Below, one piece after another: positions 38,074 through 49,286 of a stretch of 64,000 nt of DNA. The stretch is taken from NCBI RefSeq assembly GCF_037042905.1, contig NC_087252.1:24058001-24122000 (forward strand), given 5' to 3'. How positions within the stretch are numbered: the first letter of the stretch is position 1; each line of letters starts with the position of its first letter. The position numbers and the translations under genes were made by a program. The notes below the pieces were generated by a model, which was not told the DNA's origin, searched no databases, and was given only the letters and a program-made list of their open reading frames with translations. The DNA is from Lytechinus pictus (lineage: Eukaryota).

Positions 38074-39153
38074 GTCGAAGTTGATAATTATTCTACTGTC
38101 TCTGACTTCCTGTTATTTCTGACAGTTCTTTATCGTTCATTCAAACATGATAAAAATTGAAGGAAAAAATAATTGGAAATAATGAAGCCCACCAAGCTTT
38201 CATGATAAACTTTTTTTCTTTTGTTAATGATACTGCAGATCAATTAACCCACATTCGCGAACATACAATACTTTTATGGATTTTAAACCCTTTCTTTTGA
38301 AAATAAAATTTTCTCTTCGAAACATCCCGATCACTTGCAAATAATAAAGAGAATCTTCAACATGTCCATGTTATGTTTCATGAAATTAATCATCGCCAAC
38401 AAACCGTGTTATGAATTTTGCGTTTACCCATGACTTTTTGCGCGATTATAGACAAGCTATACGCTCTAAATCAGGTAGGCCTATTAATCTATCGCTAACG
38501 CCCCCGCCTGGTACCAACTACCATTATCACAAAAATAACCCTTTAGAAGTTGAATCCCGTTTGTAATCTTTTGTCAAGAAGCCCCCTTTTCAATTTTAGA
38601 ATACGTATTGAAAGCGATGCTTTTGATCTTTCTTTTGAAGCTCATTGAACCGATCGATCGATCGAGCGGCCGGTCGGACGCCGCCAGCTGTACTCTAGTT
38701 TAAATGAATAGCCAATCAACAATGGCGTACGTTGCTAGGGGCGGAGCTTAGTATGAAGCGAAATTCGATCAAGTCGAGCGTGCCAAGTATCAGAAAATTT
38801 CGAACTGACCGAAAAAAACACTCGCAGAAAAAATCTTTTTTTATCACTTTTCCGTCATCAAATTCAATCATTTTTTTTACAGAGTAATCATGAGACATGG
38901 AAGAATCAGAAAATTTAAAAAAAAAAAATCTTCTAAATTTCGACTTTTTTATTAGTTCGTCGAATTTCTAGGAATTTTGATTTGCGACTTCTCTCTCATT
39001 TCGGTATGACCGATCACATATGATATATAAAAAACCTTATTTCATTCATACTAAGAAATACGGGTTCAAATTTGAAATCTAGGGATTGGTACAATAACAG
39101 CACCCCAGGGGGCGCTAATGAGTGTAATTATACCCTTTTCTTTGCACCTTTAA

Positions 39154-39548
39154 ACCTAAATGACAGTATTTGCAGTAAAACACTAATTTCGTGAGAAAGT
39201 CTGTAAAGCCAAGGTTAAGTATGACTATATTATCGTGGATCTAGATCCGGTACAGTTACATAAACTGAACTTTGTGAAATCATAAAATCTAAGCTGCAAT
39301 ACGATCACACTGAAGATCGCCAACACAGATAGGCACACGTGGGACAGTGTATTCTTATTGCTGGAATAAAGACCCGACGGAAGTGACCAAATCTGCGCTT
39401 ATTTTGCTTATTTCTCAACAATTACACAATTTCTTCCAGAATCCTTTGGCACATATTGTTTATTCATACAAACAGACACTTGGGAGGTCATTATATTAGA
39501 TTCTGTAAAAAGTAATTTTGAGATCGTTACCAGAACTGGAATTTACCT
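39154..39548. mobile_element. TTAA MITE family F (inverted relative to 23826), nested in an older GGTGCAA-repeat element
   Basis: TTAA on both sides; reverse complement aligns with 23826-24218. Confidence 0.82.
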
Positions 39549-40404
39549 TTAAGGGTGAGTTGAACCATGCAATTTGAATCTTTTTAATGTGCAGTATTAT
39601 GTACCCTAAAGGGTGAAAAATTGCACCATTTAAGGTGCAAATGAGCATTTCTGGGTGCAAATGAAAATAAAAGGTAAATTTTTGCACCTTTTTCCAATTT
39701 AGGGTGCAAGATTACACCCCAAAAGACCCTACACTTGACTGGAATGAAGAGACAGTGATTTTCCGTTTCAAAAACTGGTCTTTTCCGTTTCTGAAAATCT
39801 GTTATTCCATTTCAACTTGATCTAAAAATGGAAATTCCCTTTTGTCCGCACTGAAAATGTACACAGCAAAAACCTGAATACCGTTTGACAAAGGTGATTT
39901 CCATGAATTTTTACATGAAAAATATAATAACCAAACAGAATTTCTGTTTTATTTACCGGTAAAACAGGAAGTCACTGTCCCTAGGAATGCCATGGTCTAT
40001 TTTGCTCTTTTTTCCACAATAGCATTTTCTCCTGAATTATTTTCAGTACATAGTTTCAATTTATATATTAAAAAGCCATTGGGAAATCATTTTATTGGAT
40101 TCTGTTCTAACTCATTTTAAGATTGCTACCACAGTGGGAAGTAAGGTTTATGAAAATAAAAGAACACAGTAACGTATGAAACCCTTCACTAAAATACAAG
40201 AGGGTATCCTGTGCCAAAAACTTGCACTTTTGGAAGATGATTGACTCGTAAAATTCTCCCTAAACCTAAGAAGGCTCGCTGACACATGAATCACATTCAG
40301 GGGCTAAAACAAGGTTGACTTCCAACAGCTTGAATGATTCATTCTTAGAATTTAGTATTTAAAACAGGGATAGAAAGCATTTGTTATGTTCTGTAAATCT
40401 GGTT

Positions 40405-40690
40405 GGGTGCTCTAGTGGTTCTAACTCTGGCCTTTACATTAGAAGGTTGTGGGTTCAAATCCAAGCCAGTATTAATTTCCTTGAGCAAGGGATTTATCCT
40501 AACAGTGCTGCACTCCACCCAGGTGAGGTAATTGGGGCTCTAGCACGATCAATTCCTCAAATTGCTTGCACATAGTAAAGGTTGTGGGACTAAAACTGGG
40601 TTAATAATGTCCTAGTCTTTTAGAGCTCATAGGAACATAATATCATATTGTTATATGCGCTATGCAAGAACTGTGTATTATTATTATTAT
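40405..40690 (+). mobile_element. Degenerate SINE family S2
   Basis: GGGTTCAAATCC B box, TGCTGCACTCCACCCAGGTGAGG core, (TTA)n tail. Confidence 0.7.
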
Positions 40691-41659
40691 CCAAAGACAT
40701 GCTGCTAACTTAGCCCAATCTGCCCCTTCCAGAGCTTAATGCATTCAAGGAATTAATCCTGCCAGGTACCCATTCACCCGACTTAGATTTAGTGCAAAAC
40801 AATGTGGAACCAATTCTTTAAAACACTTCAAATTTTTACCCCATGAAAATTAAACGTTCAGGAAATCTTTTTTTTTAAGTCAGACGTACACATTACACGG
40901 TCTATAGCCTTTAAGACATATTTGCAGGAGATTTAGTCGTTCCAAGACAAGTCAGGATTAAACAAGTTTTTGAGAAAATGAGGATGAAATTTCCGCATCC
41001 TAATTGCACTGCCTTTTTGACATTTATGCTCAGCCTCCTCAGGGAAAGGTATCGGAGACACATCCACAGGGCAGTAAAAACTTTTGGAAGCTATACCCCT
41101 TTCATAAATTTGTGGATGCGGCTCGGATGCAGTTTATATCAGTCCATGACAAACCAAGGACCAAAATAATCTGCATTATTTGTATGCAGCTTTTAGGAAG
41201 ACTCAATCAGCCATCCATTCCTATCTTTAAATTGTTATAAAGCAATTCTCAAATAGTGGGTTTAATCAGTTGTCGAAGTTATACTTTTCCAAGCCTAGGC
41301 ACTGCTCTGAGTTACCTTAATATAAGCAACACTATTTCCATCTCTTCACTCGTAAAAAATGAACGAAGAATGAGTCAAGCATAGCTTTCATGCTTTTTTT
41401 CCTAAATTGCACTTTGTAACGTGCCGAAAAGAAACATCTGGGACTTTTTGTTTAAAGCAAACCATTTGCTGTATGGTGTTGAAGAACATTGTGATAATGT
41501 GACGAGTTGCATGCCCTAGGATTTGGGTGTAGACAATAGTCTTCCCATCTGTGGAACTTCCTGACTACAGAGCAAGTATGATGTATATCACCTGGATTTT
41601 AGAAAAGATTTTCTTTTATAAAGAGATAACTGTCATTTGCAGCATTGCTTTACATGACG

Positions 41660-42245
41660 CTCTCTTCCCTATTTTCCTTCCCTTTTCATTCTGATCCTCC
41701 CCTTTTCCCACTCCTTCATCTTTTTCTTCCATATTTATCCTACCTCTCCCTGCTTTTTTTTCCTCGAAATGTCTCCTCCCTCTTTCTCTTCTGTTCCTCT
41801 TCCGTCTTTCTACCCCTTCTCTCAGCTTACTCTCCCCTCCTTCTTTCTCTTCCCTTCCTCTCCTCTATCTACTCTAGCTCAAGCTCCCCTCTCTCCCTCT
41901 TTCTCTTCTCTCACTCCCTCTTTCTATCCCTTCCCTCAGCTCACTCTCCCCCTCCCTCCCCCCTCCACCTCCTCCTCCCCTCTCCTCCCTCAACTTTCCC
42001 TTCTTCACTCCCTCCCTCCCTCAGCTTGACCTTTCCCCTCTCTCTCTCTCCTCCGTACCTACCCCCTTCCTCCCTTCCATCTCCTCATCCACCTTCTCTA
42101 CTCCATCCCTCTGTTCAGCCTCCCCCTCCTTCCCTCTCTCCCCTCCTCCCCCTCCCCTCTCCTTAAATTCCTCCCTCACTAACTTTCCCCTCCCACCCCC
42201 TCCTTCTACTCTCTCTACCCAGCCTCCTCCAGCCTCCCCCACATC
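41660..42245. repeat. Polypyrimidine (CT-rich) low-complexity tract
   Basis: About 580 bp almost devoid of G on the plus strand. Confidence 0.9.
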
Positions 42246-42325
42246 CTGCTCCCAATCAAACAAGGATCTCCCTGTGCAAACCAATGCTCAGCCACACCAA
42301 CGAACCCAAATCCAAACCAACCAAT

Positions 42326-42790
42326 AGGTGGTTTCAGACCGCCTCGAAGTTCGTCAGTTCCAGGTATTACCCCGATCAGAAAATACCAGGTATTTTGGTA
42401 AAGTGAAAGCAAACTACGCGTAATTTCCCAGAAAGAAAATACCCGCTTAATAGTGGGTACTTGGCGAAATTACGAGAACTTTCGCTGGGATTTTTCCAAG
42501 GTCGCAGGTATTTTGGCAATGTGAAAGCAATTTACGGGAACTTTTAGCCCAGCGTGTCGTTGGGCGCGGGCGCCGTGGGTGGCTGCTGGGCTAGTGATTG
42601 AATCTCGCGCCTTGCCTTCTTAATATACAGACCATACTGCGCATGCTCGTAACTTCAGCAGGAACTTATCCCGAAGGGTATGTTTCGGGGCGGTCTGAAT
42701 GCAGGAATAATTAATGGGTATTTTTTTAGCCTAAAAATGTTCTCGTAATTTAACGGGGATTCTTGTGATCGAGGCGGTTTAAAACCGCCT
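42326..42790. mobile_element. Harbinger-like MITE
   Basis: AGGTGGTTTCAGACCGCCTCGA / TCGAGGCGGTTTAAAACCGCCT; AAT duplication. Confidence 0.82.
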
Positions 42791-42879
42791 AATGATATGC
42801 CATTGGAAATAACATAACAGTTTGATAAGTCTGGAGTAGGTTTTGACTGGTATGACCGGAGCATGGTGATATCACTTAC

Positions 42880-42971
42880 GTTGTATACATTGCCTGCTCC
42901 CTCTGTTGACTGTCCAGCCTGGGCAACACGTATTCTGACCCGTCGTTGCCGATCTACAAACGTGAGGTCCT
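42880..42971 (-). CDS. VWCE: Coding exon (92 nt), FUN domain: GPHVCRSATTGQNTCCPGWTVNRGSRQCIQ
   Basis: Acceptor tattttttaatgatttcag|AGGACC, donor CAAC|gtaagt. Four-Cys FUN motif C-x9-CC-PGW-x8-C. Phase 2 in, phase 1 out. The ORF track shows a different frame. Confidence 0.9.
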
Positions 42972-43433
42972 CTGAAATCATTAAAAAATAAGAAAATATG
43001 GTCAAAATATATTCAATATCATATATTGTTACTAAATATTTGCAAAAATGGAAAAAATGCTCATATATAATCTCTTATCAATGTTACAATATTCTGTCCC
43101 ATTATGCTTGAAATATATTTGCTCTAAAAACCTGAAAATATTTTCTGTTTATTCCAATGATTAAAAGTGAAATCAATATCTTTGGGTCAATGCTGCAAAA
43201 ATATTTTGACCAAATACGAAATAAAAACCATTTTGAGTTTGCTATTCTGTACACAGGTATGTAGGCTGTAAGCCAGTTTGGTTCTCTTTCTACAGCATTG
43301 TTTGTGAAATGATTTGATCTTCTTGTCTTTTCAACCTGCATCGTCTTGCCGCTGTGTGTCATTTGTCTCTAATTTTTTGTTTTATTCTTCCCCTTATCTC
43401 TCACCCCCCCCCCCCCTCCTCTATCTTTCCCTT

Positions 43434-43842
43434 GGTTTATTTCCAATTCATCTAATGCCAGTTCGTCCAATTGCCAACTTGTCTACTATCACTTGGTCTA
43501 CCACCAGTTCGTCCACTATCTACATGGTCTAACTGCCAATTCATCCACTCACCATTTGGTCCAGTAACCAGTCGGTCCAATGGCCATTTAGTATATACCA
43601 TTTGGTCTAATTGGGCCAAGTGTTAAATGTGCAAAATGAATGGAAATGAAATGGCTATTAGACCAACTGATTATGAGACGAAACGGTCATAGACGAACTG
43701 GTGATTAGACAAAGTGATGATCGGACTAAATGGTTATTGGACCAAATGGTTGTTAGACGAAATGTTGCATGGAGTGGCATTAGACTAAAGTAGACCATGT
43801 AGTGAGTGGGTGAGTTGGCAGTAGACGGATTGGCAATTTACC
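43434..43842. mobile_element. Family H MITE (inverted relative to 17370)
   Basis: GGTTTATTTCCAATT ... TTGGCAATTTACC; flanks TTTCCCTT / CTTCCCTC. Confidence 0.82.
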
Positions 43843-44127
43843 CTTCCCTCTCTCTCTCTCTCTCTCTCTTCCTGTCTCTCTCCCACCCCTTCCATCTCCT
43901 GACATATCAAATGATGGATGTATCATTTCCATCAAGTCAGTTCATGAACTTGATCAGAAAGTTGGGATCTCAATTAGGCCGATAATGAATAGACCAGATC
44001 GATCCAGGATGGGGTTTCACAAAGCTGCTTATAAAGTTACGAACGACTTTACGAACGACTTTACAAACGACTGGAACATGTTCTTAGGTGTCAAGTCAAC
44101 TACCTAGAGCACAAAAAAGGGTTACCC

Positions 44128-44378
44128 GGGCCCCGTCTTACAAAGAGTTACGACTACGGAAATCCATCAGTGTCATAATTTTTTCTATAGAAAATTTGCA
44201 CGATGTCCTTTGTAAAGAAAGAGAAGCATAGTGAATTTTCAAGAAAACAATGAATGCATGAATATACATCATAGTTAGAAAATATTTTGAACAAACATGC
44301 ATAATAAAAGTTGACGTTGTTCGCCGTCCATAGTTGTGATTGATCGGATCAATCGCAACTCTCTGTAAGACGGGGCCC
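44128..44378. mobile_element. MITE family A nested in another MITE (~44007-44432)
   Basis: GGGCCCCGTCTTACA / TGTAAGACGGGGCCC; outer arms TTTCACAAAGC..AGTTACGAACGACTTTAC / GTAAAGTCATTCGTAACT..GCTTTGTGAAA. Confidence 0.85.
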
Positions 44379-45099
44379 AGTAGTTTGTAAAGTCATTCGT
44401 AACTTATAAATGGCTTTGTGAAAGGGGGCCCCTGATAGGCTAACAAGAAGAAAAACTTTTAGATGTCCTTTGATGTTGACAAATTAAGGCTATTTTAATT
44501 CCTCTAATATTAAGTAGGGGGTAATGATTATCCCAATTGAATTATTCCTTCAAATTTTATAATCATGAACCTCAGGTTGAGTTTTAACCCATTGGTGACT
44601 TATTGGCCCATATTCTGAAGTCGGGTTTAACTTAAACTCAGGTTTAAAGTTGTGGTTTGACTATGGAGAGCCAATGTTTTTATAGGCTTTATTGCCCATT
44701 ATAGGGAATCTCGAATTGTTAATATGCGACAGTAACATCACATATCTTTGTCACATTGCCTTTCAGAGGATCTCCATTACATTACCAACCTCAAAATTGT
44801 AATGCTCCTAATTTCTTACTTGCTCATTTTTTTGCAAACATTCACTAATCAATTTCTTTAAACTGGTATCAAAAGTTTCATTCTCCTTTAAAAAGCATTG
44901 GTTGCCAGAGCCGCAGATGGAACCGCATATCTTGCTTCCCACTTGTGTCTCAACCCAAAGACTACTTTTAGCAGGGGAGTGATATTCAGATGTGTGGAGT
45001 GACACTGGGGAAAGTGAACTTGTTTTAAATATCTAAAGCTATGTCGAGAATTAACATCTAGCGAAGAAACACATGCCACTATTAGTGTCAACTCCACGT

Positions 45100-45700
45100 T
45101 CGCCAAGGAGATTGTCTTAACAGATCTACCGTAGGAGATTGATTTAAAGGGAATGCATGCCTGTTAAGAAAGATGTCCTAGCAGTACAATACTCCCCAGG
45201 GAGTGGAGGTGGTGCTGATGAACACTGTTTGGATAGAGCCTTTCTTGATAGAGCTACTGCAGGAGTTGGAGGTGGCTTGACTGCAGGATATTTATACAAA
45301 GGAAGCTGTATCATGCTTAATGAAATGGTGCTCTAACATTAAAATACTCCCCAGGGAATGGAGGTGCCTTGACTCTAGAATAATTATATAAAGGAGCTGT
45401 ATGCTTAATAAAATGGTGCTATGGCAATACAATGCTCCCCAGGGAGTGGAAGTGGTGATGAACATAAAAGCTGTTCTTATTGATTCGCTTCATGGAATTG
45501 ATTTAAAGGGAAATTGTATGCCTACATGTATATGAATAATGCACTAGCAGTACAATACTCCCCAGGAAGTGATGATGAGCATTGTTTGTATAATGTCTTA
45601 ATGGATTTACTGCCGAAGACTGCTTTAAAGGGCACTGTATGCCTAGGCAAATGTGATGGTGTTCTAACAGTGCAATCCTCCCCAGGGAGTGGAACTCCTG
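45100..45700. repeat. Degenerate tandem array with a recurring AT(A/G)CTCCCCAGGGAGTGGA core
   Basis: Core near 45189, 45343, 45432, 45556 and 45675, plus a weaker copy near 45254. Confidence 0.75.
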
Positions 45701-46769
45701 CATATCATTTGCATATCTCTAATAATACACAAAATTATGATATGGTTCTGGAATATACATATAAACCTCATGCAGAAATCACTGTAACACCATGAGAACT
45801 TCACCTAGATGTGACTAAACCATAAAGGAAATGCCTTCAATTTAGATCACTGGTCTCAGATGATTCCTGTTGAAGCATCAGGATAGAGAGAGAAGGTTTA
45901 AAATCACAGAGTGTGACACTTTGCTATGGTAACAGGCCAACAGCTGAACAAAATTTAACGAAAAAATATATAACTATACACTACAACATACCTGAATTAT
46001 TCCAGGCACCAGCCCCTCTCCAACTGTCTTGACCCCCATATCAACCCCTCACCTTCTCTTTCTGTAACACTATTTCTCTACATGTAACTACCCCCCCCCC
46101 CCCCTCTCTCTATCTCTATCCCTCCCTCTCATCAAAATTCAAAGTACCATGCTTCCTTAATGACAACACATGTCACATTAAAAACTCCACCCAATGTTAT
46201 TTATAACATGATCAAAGCGAATTCACATGAACACACTATATTCCAGATTTTTTTCATACATGTACAACCTCTGAAACTTATGTACCGGTACCTCTTTCAT
46301 TTTTTTTTCTTTGGTTCTGTCTTTGCTGGAAAGGGTCAGCGTTTTGGACCTAAGGGGCCTATATGTATACCAATAGATTTGATCGGTCAAATCTTGCCAT
46401 TTGGCATTACAACACATAGGCTATAATGGATTGCAAAAAATGAATTAACAAAGCTGATTGGTTCCTGGTAAGTGTTTTGGCAAGTGGCACATACGGGTAT
46501 TTTCAATACATTTGACAACAATGAATTTGATTGGCCAATGTCATTTGGCATAACATAAAGGTAATAATGAATTGCAAATTATGAAAGAACAATGTTGATT
46601 AGTTCCTGGTCAGTGTTTTGGACAAGAAGCGAATACAACAACGAATTTGATTGAGCCTTGTGTTTGCAATTCAAAGCCCATAAAAAGGAGTTTTCACACA
46701 GCGACAAAGACCGAACTCATGAAAACAGTAAATGTATTGAAAATACCCGTCAAATGACAATGGACAGCA

Positions 46770-47033
46770 GGGCCCCGTCTTACAAAGAGTTACGATTGAT
46801 CCAATCAATCGTAACTATGGAAATCCATCAGTGTCATAATTTTTTCTACAGGAAATTTGCAAAATGTCCTTTGTTAACAAAGAAGAATGCACTAAATTGT
46901 CAAGAAATCAATAAATTTATGGATATACATTCATATCTAGAAATTTTTTTGAACAAACATGCATTTTATATGTTGTCTTTGCTGGCTTTCCATAGTTGCG
47001 ATTGATGAGATCAATCTTTTTAAGACGGGGCCC
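46770..47033. mobile_element. MITE family A
   Basis: GGGCCCCGTCTTACAAAGAG ... TAAGACGGGGCCC. Confidence 0.88.
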
Positions 47034-47735
47034 TGGGGGGTCTTTGTTGAAAACTGGTGAACCAGAACAGCAGATTCGCCCAAAGTTTCTGAGCTGACGA
47101 AAAATTGAACATGTCATTTGTCCAGAGTCCAGGATGAGACTTCTGTTTTGATTCACCAATTATTGACAAAGACTTCTTGGTTGCTCTTTGTCATAAAGGG
47201 CATTCAACAATACATTTTCTATGTTCTTGAATTCTACATTCTACATCATAGTGCAAAAACTGCCTAATATCACTTTGCCATTAAATCTGGATGTGAATTT
47301 TTAGCATGAATTCGGGGTTAGAGACCACTTCACACCTCTTTATGACAGAAAGTGAGAGAAAGGGGGATAGCCAACTATGGTAACTTTCAAATTATGGTAA
47401 CTACATATACCAATGTTAAAGGGCTCATCAGCCAATCATAATCAAGGTTTCCATAGTAACAGACCCATGGAGATGAACTTCTAGCCCAAATTAAGGATTA
47501 GAGACCACTTCACACCTCTGTGTGAATTCTAGCGAAAGAGCAGAGGATGTCTAATAGACGATGGAATAGATGCCATGTGTACAATCAGTAGGATATCCTT
47601 CAGTTTTAAACTCTTGTGTCTCCATGCCAGTCATTAAACCATGCTGATGAACTCACGCCCAGTTTTCAAGCAAAACAATGCTCTTCGGTATTAAGAGACC
47701 ATTCTGTAATTCGAAGAGGTTATCAACGGTGACAC

Positions 47736-47802
47736 GTTAGGGTTAGGGTTAGGGTTGCGATAGGGTTTTATGTTAGGTTTAGGATTAGGTTTAGGGTAGG
47801 GT
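47736..47802 (+). repeat. Short telomere-like (TTAGGG)n tract, probably within a degenerate MITE (to ~47923)
   Basis: GTTAGGGTTAGGGTTAGGGTT followed by degenerate TTAGG(T/A)T units. Confidence 0.7.
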
Positions 47803-48075
47803 GCAGTCTTCAATCCAGGGTTGAAGTTAGGTAGTGATTGGATAAGAGCATAGAGCTATATAGCTCTATGATTAGAGTGTGGAATTTGTAGCGGAGCAAT
47901 TGCCGTCGAAACAAGTGTCATGGATCGATATTAGATGTCAGGTCAAAACACCATTGTAATAGTAATACCATTAAAACACATATAATTTTTAAACACTCTT
48001 TAGAAGACACATTTGCTTGTGAACTTGATTTGAAGACATTGATGTACGCCTATCACCTTGCATGATACACATATA

Positions 48076-48386
48076 GGCCCGTATTCTGATAGCAGGTTTA
48101 ACTTAAACTCAGGTTTAAAGTTGTGGTTTAAGTATGGATAGCCAATTGTTACATAAATCACTAACAGTAGAGATATCATACTTCAGCTCATTTGGCTCTC
48201 AAGTCATTCATAATTGCCTAGGAAGTATAAAAAGATGATTGTCTTCACCATTGAAGAATCAGGAAAGAGCACAGTAAACATAAGAAACATACAACTTAAT
48301 AACAATTTTGATACTTTTGGCTTCCCATACTTAAACCACAACTTTAAACCTGAGTTTAAGTTAAACCTGCTATCAGAATACGGGCC
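48076..48386. mobile_element. MITE family B
   Basis: Perfect TIR GGCCCGTATTCTGATAGCAGGTTTAACTTAAACTCAGGTTTAAAGTTGTGGTTTAAGTATGG and its complement. Confidence 0.9.
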
Positions 48387-48389
48387 AAA

Positions 48390-49231
48390 GAGTTGAGGCC
48401 AGAAGTTTACATACACCCAGGAAATTCAAAGAAAAGTTGACACTTGCCAAACATCGTAAAATTTACTGTCTCTTACAAAATATTTGTGCTATCATGACGA
48501 ATTTGATATCAAACAAATGAGTTTATCATGCCCCTTCTTTAGTCTGCTGTGCAAACCCTTCACTCGAGTAAAGGGTCTGAATTGCAGCCTACTCATGCCT
48601 TGTGTACTGAAGGCCTGTCTTGGAACAGCAAGTTTTTTATGTGCTAGTCTTTGCATGGAGGCACACTTGTTGATCAAAGTTCCAATCAGGGTCTGTGCCT
48701 GCAGACTACACCTTCATCACATTGCTTTGTCATCAGGAGCTGAAAAATATTTAGGTGTCATTTTTTCCCAAAAAATCTTCATATTTTAGACAAATTAAAA
48801 ATAAAAAAACGTGACAAAAACGTTTCATATTTGTGCTAGTTACTTCTCAACACAAACATATCACATTACACTTTTTTGTTCAGTGGTGACATATCATGAT
48901 AGAAAATGTAATACAAATCACAGATTTGACATTCATATTATTTCTATGAAACGATGTTTGAAAATATAATAAACAAACAGTAGAATACATTTGGCATGAA
49001 TATTACTTTGTTTTCTTCAAAGAAAATTCCACCTGAAATATACTTTAATCCTAACTGGCTAACAGCATCCCAATCATGTGAAAGAGCTTAATACGCTCTT
49101 TCGTTTCATACAAAATTCATCATGATAGTATTTACATTTCTGAAGATATAGTAAATTTTACGACGGTTGGTTGGTAAGCGAACAAATTTCACTGAATTCC
49201 ATGGGTGTATGTAAACTTTTGGCCTCAACTG
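48390..49231. mobile_element. Non-autonomous Tc1-like element
   Basis: ~90-bp imperfect TIR beginning (g)AGTTGAGGCCAGAAGTTTACATACACCC / GGGTGTATGTAAACTTTTGGCCTCAACTG; TA flanks eroded; no transposase ORF. Confidence 0.75.
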
Positions 49232-49286
49232 GAGATGCAGTGGTTCATATTCACTTTGTTTGTTCGTTCGTTTGTTCATTCATTAA

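Larger units (their letters stand above)
32411..39017. mobile_element. Putative 6.6-kb TIR-bounded composite element with nested insertions
   Basis: ATAT|GTGACTCGACACACCGAAATGAGAGACAAGTCG ... CGACTTCTCTCTCATTTCGGTATGACCGATCAC|ATAT; interior visibly CpG-richer than the flanks. Confidence 0.55.
3350..42971 (-). other. VWCE: Visible span of a multi-exon gene for a secreted FUN-EGF/EGF-domain protein, VWCE-like (partial; first and downstream exons not found in window)
   Basis: Three GT-AG exons with compatible phases (2-1, 1-1, 1-1) join to xGPHVCRSATTGQNTCCPGWTVNRGSRQCIQPTCRGTCEGGGTCTAPNRCTRCQSSPMGYQCQ..linker..SCRSRGCDYRCQVGSNGQVQCICPPGYRLGTDQRSCV. GPHVC..CCPGW..C..PxC..C..GxCxAPNxC matches the VWCE N-terminus as I recall it; fibrillins have the related GPNVC..CCPGW. 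The symbol is tentative. Confidence 0.65.

Noticed and set aside
41645..42166. Longest ORF (173 aa, Pro/Ser/Leu-rich); similar ORFs at 35251-35692 and 37468-37750
   Set aside because: Artefacts of CT/GA low-complexity tracts that lack stop codons.
48484..48789. 101-aa ORF inside the Tc1-like element as a transposase remnant
   Set aside because: No recognisable paired-like HTH or DDE motifs.
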